Made by a program: the position numbers and the translations under genes
The notes under the pieces: generated by a model
The model's input: only the letters and a program-made list of their open reading frames with translations
The model's database searches: none
What the model was told of the DNA's origin: nothing
In this document: piece after piece, positions 1 through 11,509 of the stretch
Numbering within the stretch: position 1 is the first letter of the stretch
Layout of the letters: every line of letters starts with the position of its first letter
Source of the DNA: Dendrobates tinctorius
Taxonomy: Eukaryota
Length of the DNA stretch: 64,000 nt
Direction: 5' to 3'
Assembly: GCF_039654945.1 (NCBI RefSeq)
Contig: NW_027361824.1
Coordinates: 10,974,001 to 11,038,000 of the forward strand

Positions 1-189
1 AGACCTGTAATATAGTCAAAGGGGAGAAGGTGAATAAACTAAGATGTGTAACCCCTCCCACACTGAAGCCCCGCCCATGAGGAGCTGGTCAGGGGCTGTA
101 AATGTCAAGCATACGCAGGAATATCCAGTACTTTCTAGTTCTGTACTATGGTAAGTACACCGCGATCAGAGCAGGGTGTCAGTACTCAC

Positions 190-259
190 CTGAGCGGCTC
201 TTGGAGGGATCTGGTTCTTCCTTACACCAGTCGGGCAGTGCAATGTCTCCAGCTTCAGC
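190..259 (-). CDS. KRAB zinc-finger gene, internal coding exon (AEAGDIALPDWCKEEPDPSKSRS)
   Basis: 70-nt exon between tacag and GTGAGT, phase 0/1; CKEE spacer motif typical of frog KRAB-ZNFs. The next acceptor is at position 4, so the gene continues off the window and its zinc fingers are not visible. Confidence 0.75.
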
Positions 260-457
260 CTGTAATACGAGATGTGTCACAAAGATCATACATACACATA
301 TATATATATATATGTGTCTACATCGGCTGCAGAGGTCTGATGCTTTAATATGACAGCTGGGGACAAGTGGAAATGTGATAGCGTTGCGGCTTCAAAAAAT
401 AAAACAATTGGTGAGGGTCAAAATGTGCGGAGTTAAAGGTTAGAAGGGTCTCAATAC

Positions 458-546
458 CTGATATTCCTCTAGGATCATCTCGGCATCATCCTCTATACAG
501 ATAGGGCTCCCACTGCTTTCTGGGGAGTTCACCGATCCATGGTCAC
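458..546 (-). CDS. KRAB zinc-finger gene, internal coding exon (GDHGSVNSPESSGSPICIEDDAEMILEEYQ)
   Basis: 89 nt, cctgcag / GTATTG, phase 1/0, keeps frame with its neighbours. Confidence 0.7.
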
Positions 547-1020
547 CTGCAGGAAAGGGACACACACGTTTGAAGCAATTGCATCACCCATGGGGGGGTC
601 CCTTGCTGCAGGTAATCCGTAGGAGCCAGTGAATGACACCTCTTGGCCGTAGCATTATATTCTAAAGTTTACAGGAACGCCTGCAACTAAACATTGGATA
701 ATCCGCCATCGATAGGAAATGACAGGCGATTATAGAATATTATGGTGAATTCGACGTTTGCACCTTTAACCCCTTCCCATCATGAGCAATTTATTTTTTT
801 TTCCTCCATAACTTTTCATTAATTTTAAAATCCCATAACCAAAACAGGTGATGAATTTTTTGATAACTGGTTGGTCATTCCTTTAATCCGGCACGGAATG
901 TTCTGGATGACTTGCGCAGCATTTGGCTCATCTCCAACAGTCCCACAGCAGGATGTTCTGACGATCGGAGGAGATCTCAGGTGTGGGACCGCCACTAATC
1001 TGCAGAGGAGTGCGTCTCAC

Positions 1021-1090
1021 CTGAGCTGATCTGTACCGGGGCGTCTTCCTCTTTGCACCGGGGCGGTGAGATCTCTTTTACCGGATGAGC
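1021..1090 (-). CDS. KRAB zinc-finger gene, internal coding exon (AHPVKEISPPRCKEEDAPVQISS)
   Basis: 70 nt, tgacag / GTGAGA, phase 0/1; paralogous to exon 190-259. Confidence 0.75.
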
Positions 1091-1316
1091 CTGTCACAAA
1101 AAAAACAGGAACAGGTTTATAATATGTCAGCGGGAGAGATTTCTCCATAATGAGAATGGCCAATCGTGGACCCTGACAGGGGTCACATGACAGCATTGCT
1201 CCACCTCCTGGACTCTACTAATTGCTAAGGAGTCAACAGGGCAGGGAAACTTAGTCCCATGAGACCTGTCTGATGGCGCTGGGGGTGATGGTGAGAGGCT
1301 GGACAGGTCCTTGCAC

Positions 1317-1417
1317 CTGATATTCCTGCGTCACCATCCTGATATCTTCCTCCAGGTCTTTCTCGATAATAAGGGGGCTTTTGATGCTTTCGGGGGGCTT
1401 TGTCGGGATGTGTCCAC
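1317..1417 (-). CDS. KRAB zinc-finger gene, internal coding exon (GGHIPTKPPESIKSPLIIEKDLEEDIRMVTQEYQ)
   Basis: 101 nt, ccacag acceptor, weak GTGCAA donor, phase 1/0; ends in EYQ like exon 458-546. Confidence 0.65.
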
Positions 1418-1749
1418 CTGTGGGGAATAGACAGGCATGAGCCTATGTGGTAAAGAATTAGTTTTCACAATGGCGACACAATAGGATGGCGCCTCCCTTG
1501 TTGTACGTCTCGCTTTACAGCAGTGCTGTGCAGTCTGAATGCTAGAGAGAACCCAATGGCAGGTTTGTAATAATTATTGGAAGATCACATGCAGACTCAT
1601 GCGTTTCCATGGTTACGCCATTTTTTGCTGCCCCATAAGAGTAATCCATAATCCGACCACACTGATCTGTGGTCTGTAACCATGGAGACACATGGTTCTG
1701 CGTAGGAGCTGTATACACAAAGCAAATAATAATGGTTCACGTTACTGAC

Positions 1750-1851
1750 CTGTGAGAGGGGCGTCAGCGGAGGCGGCTGCGTCCACCTGGAAGGTATTCA
1801 GCTCCTTGTCTTCATCTGCCGCCGTTTCGGCAGCACTGACCTCGTCACAGC
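1750..1851 (-). CDS. KRAB zinc-finger gene, internal coding exon (GCDEVSAAETAADEDKELNTFQVDAAASADAPLT)
   Basis: 102 nt, cccccag / GTCAGT, phase 1/1, open frame. Confidence 0.65.
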
Positions 1852-1927
1852 CTGGGGGAAAGGAATATAAGTGTGTAAGACGCTATTTAAAGGGGAATAC
1901 GCGCTATAAAAAGTGACGATGAAATAC

Positions 1928-2051
1928 CAGCAGATCCTGGAGGCGGATTATCCCCAGACACCACATCCTTGTAACGGTCCTTATGTCCTTCCAGATATTT
2001 CCACTCCTCCATGGAGAAGAAGACGGCGACGTCCTCGCACCGCACAGGAAT
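1928..2051 (-). CDS. KRAB-A box exon of a frog-type (XlCOF/XlCGF-like) zinc-finger gene
   Basis: 124-nt exon IPVRCEDVAVFFSMEEWKYLEGHKDRYKDVVSGDNPPPGSA with ttctcag / GTATTT; matches the KRAB-A consensus DVAVxFSxEEW. Confidence 0.9.
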
Positions 2052-2139
2052 CTGAGAATCGGAAGAGAAACCCGATGACGTCACCGGAATCATCATTCTC
2101 CAGTCACATTGGTAGCTGCTGAGGAGACAATGTGCCCAC

Positions 2140-2310
2140 CTCCTCGCCTGAACTGTGTGGGGTCTCGCCAGGTTCTGGGGTCTCCTCGTGTGCTGGGGAC
2201 GGACATGGACGTTCCTCGCTTGGAATTCGATCCTTGGTGGATACCTCTGATAAACATAACTGGCAGTCATCTGTGGATTGGTCGTTCTGTCTCTTCCTGA
2301 GGACAAAATC
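2140..2310 (-). CDS. KRAB zinc-finger gene, coding exon (DFVLRKRQ...PHSSGEE)
   Basis: 171 nt, gtacag / GTGGGC, phase 0/0; occupies the position of the DYTVVKK... exon of frog KRAB-ZNFs. Confidence 0.7.
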
Positions 2311-2364
2311 CTGTACGAGAAAGAACTGGTGTCACATGGTGGGGAAGCGTCGGATCCAAAACAC

Positions 2365-5300
2365 ATCCACATCAATATCTACATCCTGCCACCACTGATC
2401 CTCAATATCTACATCTTGCCACCACTGAACCTCAATATCTACATCCTGCCACCACTGATGCTCAATATCTACATCCTGCCGCCACTGATCCTCAATAACT
2501 ACATTAATATCTGCATCCTGCCGCCAGTGATCCCCAATATCTACTGTACATCCTGCCACCACTGATCCTCAATATCTACATCCTGCCACTGATCCTCAAT
2601 ATCTACATCCTGCCACTACTGATCCTCAATATCTACATCCTGCCACCACTGATCTTCAATATCTACATCCTGCCACCACTGATCCTCAATATCTACATCC
2701 TGCCACCACTGATCCGCAATATCTATATCCTGCCACCACTGATCCTCAATATCTACATCCTGCCACTGATCCTCAATATCTACATCCTGCTGCCACTGAT
2801 GCTCAATATCTACATCCTGCCACTACTGATCCTCAATATCTACATTAATATCTGCATCCTGCCGCCAGTGATCCCCAATATCTACATCCTGCTGCCACTG
2901 ATCCTCAATATCTACATCCTGTTGCCACTGATCCTCAACATCCACATCCTGCCATCACTGATCCTCAATATCTACATCCTGCCACCACTGATCCTCAATA
3001 TCTACATCCTGCCACCACTGATCCTCAATATCTAAATCCTGCCACCACCGATCCTCAATATCTAAATCCTGCCATCATTGATCCTCAATATCTACATACT
3101 GACACCACTGATCCTCAATATCTACATCCTGCCGCCACTGATCCTCAATATCTACATCCTGCCACCACTGAACCTCAATATCTACATCCTGCCGCCACTG
3201 ATCCTCAATATCTACATCCTGCCACTGATCCTCAATATCTACATCCTGCCACTGATCCTCAATATCTACATCCTGCCACCACTGATCCTCAATATCTACA
3301 TCCTGCCACCACTGATCCGCAATATCTATATCCTGCCACCATTGATCCTCAATATCTACTGTACATCCTGCCACCACTGATCCTCAATATCTACATCCTG
3401 CCACTGATCCTCAATATCTACATCCTGCCGCCACTGATGCTCAATATCTACATCCTGCCACTACTGATCCTCAATATCAACATCCTGCTGCCACTGGTCT
3501 TCAATATCTACATCCTGCCGCCACTGATGCTCAATATCTACATCCTGCCACCACTGATCCTCAATATCTACATCCTGTTGCCACGGATCCTCAACATCCA
3601 CATCCTGCCATCACTGATCCTCAATATCTACATCCTGCCGCCACTGATCCTCAATATCTACATCCTGCCACCACTGATCCTCAATATCTAAATCCTGCCA
3701 CCACCGATCCTCAATATCTAAATCCTGCCATCATTGATCCTCAATATCTACATCCTGACACCACTGATCCTCAATATCTACATTAATATCTACATCCTGC
3801 CATCACTGATCCTCAATATCTACATCCTGCCGCCACTGATCTTCAACATCTACAGTACAGACCAAAAGTTTGGACACACCTTCTCATTCAAAGAGTTTTC
3901 TTTATTTTCATGACTATGAAAATTGTAGATTCACTCTGAAGGCATCAAAACTATGAATTACCACATGTGGAATTATATAATTAACAAAAAAGTGTGAAAC
4001 AACTGAAAATATGTCTTATATTCTAGGTTCTTCAAAGTAGCCACCTTTTGCTTTGATTTCTGCTTTGCACACTCTTGGCATTCTCTTGATGAGCTTCAAG
4101 AGGTAGTCACCGGAAATGGTTTTCACGTCACAGGTGTGCCCTGTCAGGTTTAATAAGTGGGATTTCTTGCCTTATAAATGAGGTTGGGACCATCAGTTGT
4201 GTTGTGCAGAAGTCTGGTGGATACACAGCTGATAGTCCTACTGAATAGACTGTTAGAATTTGTATTATGGCAAGAAAAAAGCAGCTGAGTAAAGACAAAC
4301 GAATGTCCATCATTACTTTAAGAAATGAAGGTCAGTCAGTCCAAAAAATTGGGAAAACTTTGAAAGTGTCCCGAAGTGCAGTGGCAAAAACCATCAAGCG
4401 CTACAAAGAAACTGGCTCACATGAGGACCGCCCCAGGAAAGGAAGACCAAGAGTCACCTCTACTGCGGAGGATAAGTTCATCCGAGTCACCAGCCTCAGA
4501 AATCGCAGGTTAACAGCAGCTCAGATTAGAGACCAGGTCAATGCCACACAGAGTTCTAGTAGCAGACACATCTCTACAACAACTGTTAAGAGGAGACTTT
4601 GTGCAGCAGGCCTTCATGGTAAAATAGCTGCTAGGAAACCACTGCTAAGGACAGGCAACAAGCAGGAGAGACTTGTTTGGGCTAAAGAACACAAGGAATG
4701 GACATTAGACCAGTGGAAATCTGTGCTTTGGTCTGATGAGTCCAAATTTGAGATCTTTGGTTCCAACCACCGTGTCACCGACGCAGAAAAGGTGAACGGA
4801 TGGACTCTACATGCCTGGTTCCCACAGTGAAGCATGGAGGAGGAGGTGTGGGGGAGCTTTGCTGGTGACACTGTTGGGGATTTATTCAAAATTGAAGGCA
4901 TACTGAACCAGCATGGCTACCACAGCATCTTGCAGCGGCATGCTCTTCCATCCGGTTTGTGTTTAGTTGGACCATCATTTATTTTTCAACAGGACAATGA
5001 CCCCAAACACACCTCCAGGCTGTGTAAGGGCTATCTGACCAAGAAGGAGAGTGATGGGGTGCTACGCCAGATGACCTGGCCTCCACAGTCACCAGACCTG
5101 AACCCAATCGAGATGGTTTGGGGTGAGCTGGACCGCAGAGTGAAGGCAAAAGGGCCAACAAGTGCTAAGCATCTCTGGGAACTCCTTCAACACTGTTGGA
5201 ACACCATTTCCGGTGACTACCTCTTGAAGCTCATCAAGAGAATGCCAAGAGTGTTCAAAGCAGTAATCAAAGCAAAAGGTGGCTACGTTGAAGAACCTAG

Positions 5301-6610
5301 AATATAAGACATATTTTCAGTTGTTTCACACTTTCTTGTTAATTATATAATTCCACATGTGTTAATTCATAGTTTTGATGCCTTCAGAGTGAATCTACAA
5401 TTTTCATATTCATGAAAATAAAGAAAACTCTTTGAATGAGAAGGTGTGTCCAAACTTTTGGTCTGTACTGTACATCCTGCCACCACTGATCCTCAATATC
5501 TACATCCTGCCGCCACTGATCCTCAATATCTACATCCTGTCGCTACTGATCCTCAATATCTACATCCTGTCGCCACTGATCCTCAATATCTACATCCTGC
5601 CGCCACTGATCCTCAATATCTACATTAATATCTGAATCCTGCCACCGTTGATCCTCAATATCTACATCCTGCCACCGCTGATCCACAATATCTACATCCT
5701 GCCGCCACTGATCCTCAATATCAACATCCTGCCACCACTGATCCTCAATATCTACATCCTGCAGCCACTGATCCTCAATATCTACATTAATATCTACATT
5801 CTGCCACCGCTGATCCACAATATCTACATCCTGCCACCACTGATCCTCAATATCTACATTAATATCTGCATCCTGCCGCCACTGATCCTCAATATCTACA
5901 TCCTGCCACCACTGATCCTCAATATCTACATCCTGCCACCGCTGAACCCCAATATCTACATCCTGCCACCACTGATTCCCAATATCTACATCCTGCCACC
6001 ACTGATCCTCAATATCTACATTAATATCTGAATCCTGCCACCGCTGACCTCAATATCTACATCCTGCCACCACTGATCCTCAATATCTACATTAATATCT
6101 ACATTCTGCCACCGCTGATCCACAATATCTACATCCTGCCACCACTGATCCTCAATATCTACATTAATATCTGCATCCTGCCGCCACTGATCCTCAATAT
6201 CTACATCCTGCCACCACTGATCCTCAATATCTACATCCTGCCACCGCTGAACCCCAATATCTACATCCTGCCACCACTGATTCCCAATATCTACATCCTG
6301 CCACCACTGATCCTCAATATCTACATTAATATCTGAATCCTGCCACCGCTGATCCTCAATATCTACATCCTGCCACCACTGATCCTCAATATCTACATTA
6401 ATATCTACATTCTGCCACCGCTGATCCACAATATCTACATCCTGCCACCACTGATCCTCAATATCTACATCCTGCCACCGCTGAACCCCAATATCTACAT
6501 CCTGCCACCGCTGAACCCCAATATCTACATCCTGCCACCACTGATTCCCAATATCTACATCCTGCCGCCGCTGATCCTCAATATCTACATCAATACCTAC
6601 ATCCTGCCAA
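2365..6610. repeat. 30-bp minisatellite (CATCCTGCCACCACTGATCCTCAATATCTA)n, interrupted by a Tc1 element
   Basis: Direct tandem array with variant units; it produces the LNIYILPPLI / DVDIEDQWWQ ORFs. Confidence 0.97.
3853..5470 (+). mobile_element. Tc1/mariner DNA transposon, frameshifted transposase
   Basis: TA on both sides; ~270-bp inverted repeats starting CAGTACAGACCAAAAG; transposase split over 4267-4830 and 4834-5307 ([22 protein letters not shown]). Confidence 0.95.
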
Positions 6611-6889
6611 CAACCGGCTCCCCCCACACACAGACTGCTCCCCTCAACACACAAACTGCTCCCCCACACACAGATTACTCCCCGACACACAGACTGACCC
6701 CTCTATTACACGGACTTCTTACCATCCCCCTCTTACACACACTGATCCCGATCCTTCTCTTACTCAGACTAATTCCCATGAGTAAAGTATGAGACTAAGG
6801 GGCAGCTGAGCTTACAGGAAAGTGTCAGTGGTGCTGGGGAGTCCTGTCTTCCATGACTGGTCCTTCATCTGATCTCGGCCTCCACTTAC

Positions 6890-6970
6890 CTCTCCTGTCA
6901 GCAGGAAAATGATCTCCAGGGTGAGGTTCAGAATCTTCCCGGTCACCTCGATCTTGTCCTTACTCATCAT
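6890..6970 (-). CDS. KRAB zinc-finger gene, first coding exon (MMSKDKIEVTGKILNLTLEIIFLLTGE)
   Basis: ILNLTLEIIFLLTGE N-terminal motif of frog KRAB-ZNFs; donor GTAAGT at 6889; acceptor at 7028. An in-frame upstream ATG at 7024 is an alternative start. Confidence 0.8.
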
Positions 6971-7042
6971 CAGAGAATGGTGTAAGAAGTCTGAGACCCG
7001 TCCGTGCTCCGTACAGACATGCATGATCCTGAGACGAGGGCG

Positions 7043-10000
7043 GATCTGTGGAGGACGCACTGTTATGGGGGATCTGTGGATGACGCACTGTTATGGGGGA
7101 TCTGTGGAGGACGCACTGTTATGGGGGATCTGTGGAGGACGCACTGTTATGGGGGATCTGTGGGTGACGCACTGTTATGGGGGATCTGTGGGTGACGCAC
7201 TGTTATGGGGAATCTGTGGGTGACGCACTGTTATGGGGGATCTGTGGGTGACGCGCTGTTATGGGGATCTGTGGAGGACGCACTGTTATGGGGATTTGTG
7301 GAGGACGCACTGTTATGGGGGATCTGTGGAGGATGCACTGTTATGGGGACCTGTGGGTGACGCACTGTTATGGGGGATCTGTGGATGATGCACTGTTATG
7401 GGAGATCTGTGGAGGACGCACTGTTATGGGGATCTGTGGAGGACGCACTGTTATGGGGATCTGTGGAGGACGCACTGTTATGGGGGATCTGTGGGTGACG
7501 CACTGTTATGGGGGATCTGTGGGTGATGCACTGTTATGGGGGATCTGTGGGTGACGCACTGTTATGGGGGATCTGTGGGTGACGCGCTGTTATGGGGGAT
7601 CTGTGGGTGACGCGCTGTTATGGGGGATCTGTGGAGGACGCGCTGTTATGGGGATTTGTGGAGGATGCACTGTTATGGGGGATCTGTGGAGGATGCACTG
7701 TTATGGGGACCTGTGGGTGACGCACTGTTATGGGGGATCTGTGGATGACGCACTGTTATGGGAGATCTGTGGAGGACGCACTGTTATGGGGATCTGTGGA
7801 GGACGCACTGTTATGGGGGATCTGTGGGTGACGCACTGTTATGGGGGATCTGTGGGTGATGCACTGTTATGGGGGATCTGTGGGTGACGCACTGTTGTGG
7901 GGGATCTGTGGGTGACGCACTGTTATGGGGGCACTGAGGGTGACGCACTTATGGCGGATCTGTGGGTGACGCACTGTTATGGGCGATCTGTGGGTGACGC
8001 ACTGTTATGGGGGATCTGTGGGTGACGCACTGTTATGGGGGATCTGTGGGTGACGCACTGTTATGGGGGATCTGTGGGTGACGCACTGTTATGGGGGATC
8101 TGTGGGTGACGCACTGTTATGGGGGATCTGTGGGTGACGCACTGTTATGGCGGATCTGTGGGTGACACATTGTTATGGGGGATGTGGGTGACGCACTGTT
8201 ATGGGGATCTGTGGGTGATGCACTGTTATGGGGGATCTGTGGAAGACGCACTGTTATAGGGGATCTGTGGGTGACGCACTGTTATGGGGATCTGTGGGTG
8301 ATGCACTGTTATGGGGGATCTGTGGAGGACGCACTGTTATAGGGGATCTGTGGGTGACGCACTGTTGTGGGGGATCTGTGGGTGACGCACTGTTGTGGGG
8401 GCACTGAGGGTGACGCACTTATGGCGGATCTGTGGGTGACGCACTGTTATGGGGGATCTGTGGGTGACGCACTGTTATGGGGGATCTGTGGGTGACGCGC
8501 TGTTATGGGGGATCTGTGGGTGACGCGCTGTTATGGGGGATCTGTGGGTGACGCGCTGTTATGGGGGATCTGTGGGTGACGCGCTGTTATGGGGGATCTG
8601 TGGGTGACGCGCTGTTATGGGGGATCTGTGGGTGACGCGCTGTTATGGGGGATCTGTGGGTGACGCGCTGTTATGGGGGATCTGTGGGTGACGCGCTGTT
8701 ATGGGGGATCTGTGGGTGACGCGCTGTTATGGGGGATCTGTGGGTGACGCGCTGTTATGGGGGATCTGTGGGTGACGCGCTGTTATGGGGGATCTGTGGG
8801 TGACGCGCTGTTATGGGGGATCTGTGGGTGACGCGCTGTTATGGGGGATCTGTGGGTGACGCGCTGTTATGGGGGATCTGTGGGTGACGCGCTGTTATGG
8901 GGGATCTGTGGGTGACGCGCTGTTATGGGGGATCTGTGGGTGACGGGCTGTTATGGGGGATCTGTGGGTGACGGGCTGTTATGGGGGATCTGTGGGTGAC
9001 GCGCTGTTATGGGGGATCTGTGGGTGACGCGCTGTTATGGGGGATCTGTGGGTGACGCGCTGTTATGGGGGATCTGTGGGTGACGCGCTGTTATGGGGGA
9101 TCTGTGGGTGACGCGCTGTTATGGGGGATCTGTGGGTGACGCGCTGTTATGGGGGATCTGTGGGTGACGCGCTGTTATGGGGGATCTGTGGGTGACGCGC
9201 TGTTATGGGGGATCTGTGGGTGACGCGCTGTTATGGGGGATCTGTGGGTGACGCGCTGTTATGGGGGATCTGTGGGTGACGCGCTGTTATGGGGGATCTG
9301 TGGGTGACGCGCTGTTATGGGGGATCTGTGGGTGACGCGCTGTTATGGGGGATCTGTGGGTGACGCGCTGTTATGGGGGATCTGTGGGTGACGCGCTGTT
9401 ATGGGGGATCTGTGGGTGACGCGCTGTTATGGGGGATCTGTGGGTGACGCGCTGTTATGGGGGATCTGTGGGTGCGCACTGTTATGGGGGATCTGTGGGT
9501 GACGGGCTGTTATGGGGGATCTGTGGGTGCGCACTGTTATGGGGGATCTGTGGGTGACGCGCTGTTATGGGGGATCTGTGGGTGACGAGCTGTTATGGGG
9601 GATCTGTGGGTAACGAGCTGTTATGGGGGATCTGTGGGTGACGCGCTGTTATGGGAGATCTGTGGGTGACGCGCTGTTATGGGGGATCTGTGGGTGACGC
9701 GCTTTTATGGGGGATCTGTGGGTGACGCGCTGTTATGGGGGATCTGTGGGTGACGCGCTGTTATGGGGGATCTGTGGATGACGCGCTGTTATGGGGGATC
9801 TGTGGGTGACGCGCTGTTATGGGGGATCTGTGGGTGACGCGCTGTTATGGGGGATCTGTGGGTGACGCGCTGTTATGGGGGATCTGTGGGTGACGCGCTG
9901 TTATGGGGGATCTGTGGGTGACGCGCTGTTATGGGGGATCTGTGGGTGACGCGCTGTTATGGGGGATCTGTGGGTGACGCGCTGTTATGGGGATCTGTGG

Positions 10001-10930
10001 GTGACGCACTGTTATGGGGGATCTGTGGGTGACGCACTGTTATGGGGGATCTGTGGGTGACGCGCTGTTATGGGGGATCTGTGGGTGACGCACTGTTATG
10101 GGGGATCTGTGGGTGACGCACTGTTATGGGGATCTGTGGGTGACGCACTGTTATGGGGATCTGTGGGTGACGCACAGTTATGGGGGATCTGTGGGTGACG
10201 CACTGTTATGGGGATCTGTGGGTGACGCACTGTTATGGGGGATCTGTGGGTGACGCACTGTTATGGGGATCTGTGGGTGACGCACTGTTATGGGGGATCT
10301 GTGGGTGACGCACTGTTATGGGGATCTGTGGGTGACGCACTGTTATGGGGATCTGTGGGTGACGCACTGTTATGGGGGATCTGTGGGTGACGCACTGTTA
10401 TGGGGGATCTGTGGGTGACGCACTGTTATGGGGATCTGTGGGTGACGCACTGTTATGGGGATCTGTGGGTGACGCACTGTTATGGGGGATCTGTGGGTGA
10501 CGCACTGTTATGGGGATCTGTGGGTGACGCACTGTTATGGGGGATCTGTGGGTGACGCACTGTTATGGGGATCTGTGGGTGACGCACTGTTATGGGGGAT
10601 CTGTGGGTGACGCACTGTTATGGGGATCTGTGGGTGACGCACTGTTATGGGGATCTGTGGGTGACGCACTGTTATGGGGGATCTGTGGGTGACGCACTGT
10701 TATGGGGGATCTGTGGGTGACGCACTGTTATGGGGGATCTGTGGGTGACGCACTGTTATGGGGATCTGTGGGTGACGCGCTGTTATGGGGGATCTGTGGG
10801 TGACGAGCTGTTATGGGGGATCTGTGGGTGACGCACTGTTATGGGGGATCTGTGGGTGCGCACTGTTATGGGGGATCTGTGGGTGACGAGCTGTTATGGG
10901 GGATCTGTGGGTGACGCACTGTTATGGGGG
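7043..10930. repeat. 28-bp G-rich minisatellite (ATGGGGGATCTGTGGGTGACGC[A/G]CTGTT)n
   Basis: About 3.9-kb tandem array filling most of intron 1 of the KRAB gene. Confidence 0.97.
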
Positions 10931-11092
10931 CAGTTATTGATGATATTGTGGGTGTGGCCAGCTGTGAGGGGCGGGGATTCTTAGTCTATACCGGTCACCG
11001 GTATTGACACCGGGGGCCCCACATACACAGGAGTGTAACCCACCAACAAGATGGTGTCGGCCCCGCCTTGCACTCACAGTGGCGACACTTAC

Positions 11093-11230
11093 CCAACGGG
11101 CTCCACAAACACCGGAGAATAAGAGGCGGCGGTGACAGAAGCAGCAGAAGCGGCCGGAGAGCAGCACGGAGCGCACGGGAGGAGGAGCCTGCAGGACGGC
11201 AGCGGCTGTTGTGTCATGTGACCCGTGCGT
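11093..11230 (-). other. Putative non-coding first exon of the KRAB zinc-finger gene
   Basis: CpG-rich; strong donor TGG/GTAAGT at 11092, alternative GTGAGT at 11077; 5' end approximate. Confidence 0.55.
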
Positions 11231-11329
11231 CATCACTCAGCGACACAGCGTCCTACCGTTGCGGTTAGCTGAGGTTTTCCAGAGTTTGACCTCTAGTGTC
11301 GGGAGCGCAGAGCGCTGACGTCATCAGAC

Positions 11330-11396
11330 TGCGCCCGACTCCATGTACCGTGAAAGTGCTGTATGTGTCCCTGTGCTGTGTGCGGCGCTGTGTCTG
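11330..11396 (+). other. COA6: Putative first (5' UTR) exon of COA6
   Basis: Donor CTG/GTAAGG at 11397 in the CpG-rich region upstream of COA6 exon 2; start approximate. Confidence 0.5.
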
Positions 11397-11509
11397 GTAA
11401 GGGGCCGCCCGCTCAGGGCTGGGGGAGGGAGGCCAGAACTTCACTTTCTGCCTTTTCACCTAAAGTTTGATTTTTTTGAGCTTTAAGGCTGCAGACATTA
11501 ATAATGTGC

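Larger units (their letters stand above)
11040..11460. promoter_or_regulatory. CpG-rich bidirectional promoter (KRAB-ZNF / COA6) with palindromic CRE TGACGTCA at 11316-11323
   Basis: Divergent splice donors at 11092 (minus) and 11397 (plus), GC boxes, high CpG density. Confidence 0.6.

Noticed and set aside
1887-2375. 162-aa single-exon KRAB ORF
   Set aside because: Only 1928-2051 is in the KRAB frame; the upstream exon uses another frame and the rest is intron.
2278-7887. LNIYILPPLI, DVDIEDQWWQ and GGRTVMG ORFs
   Set aside because: Minisatellite translations inside introns.
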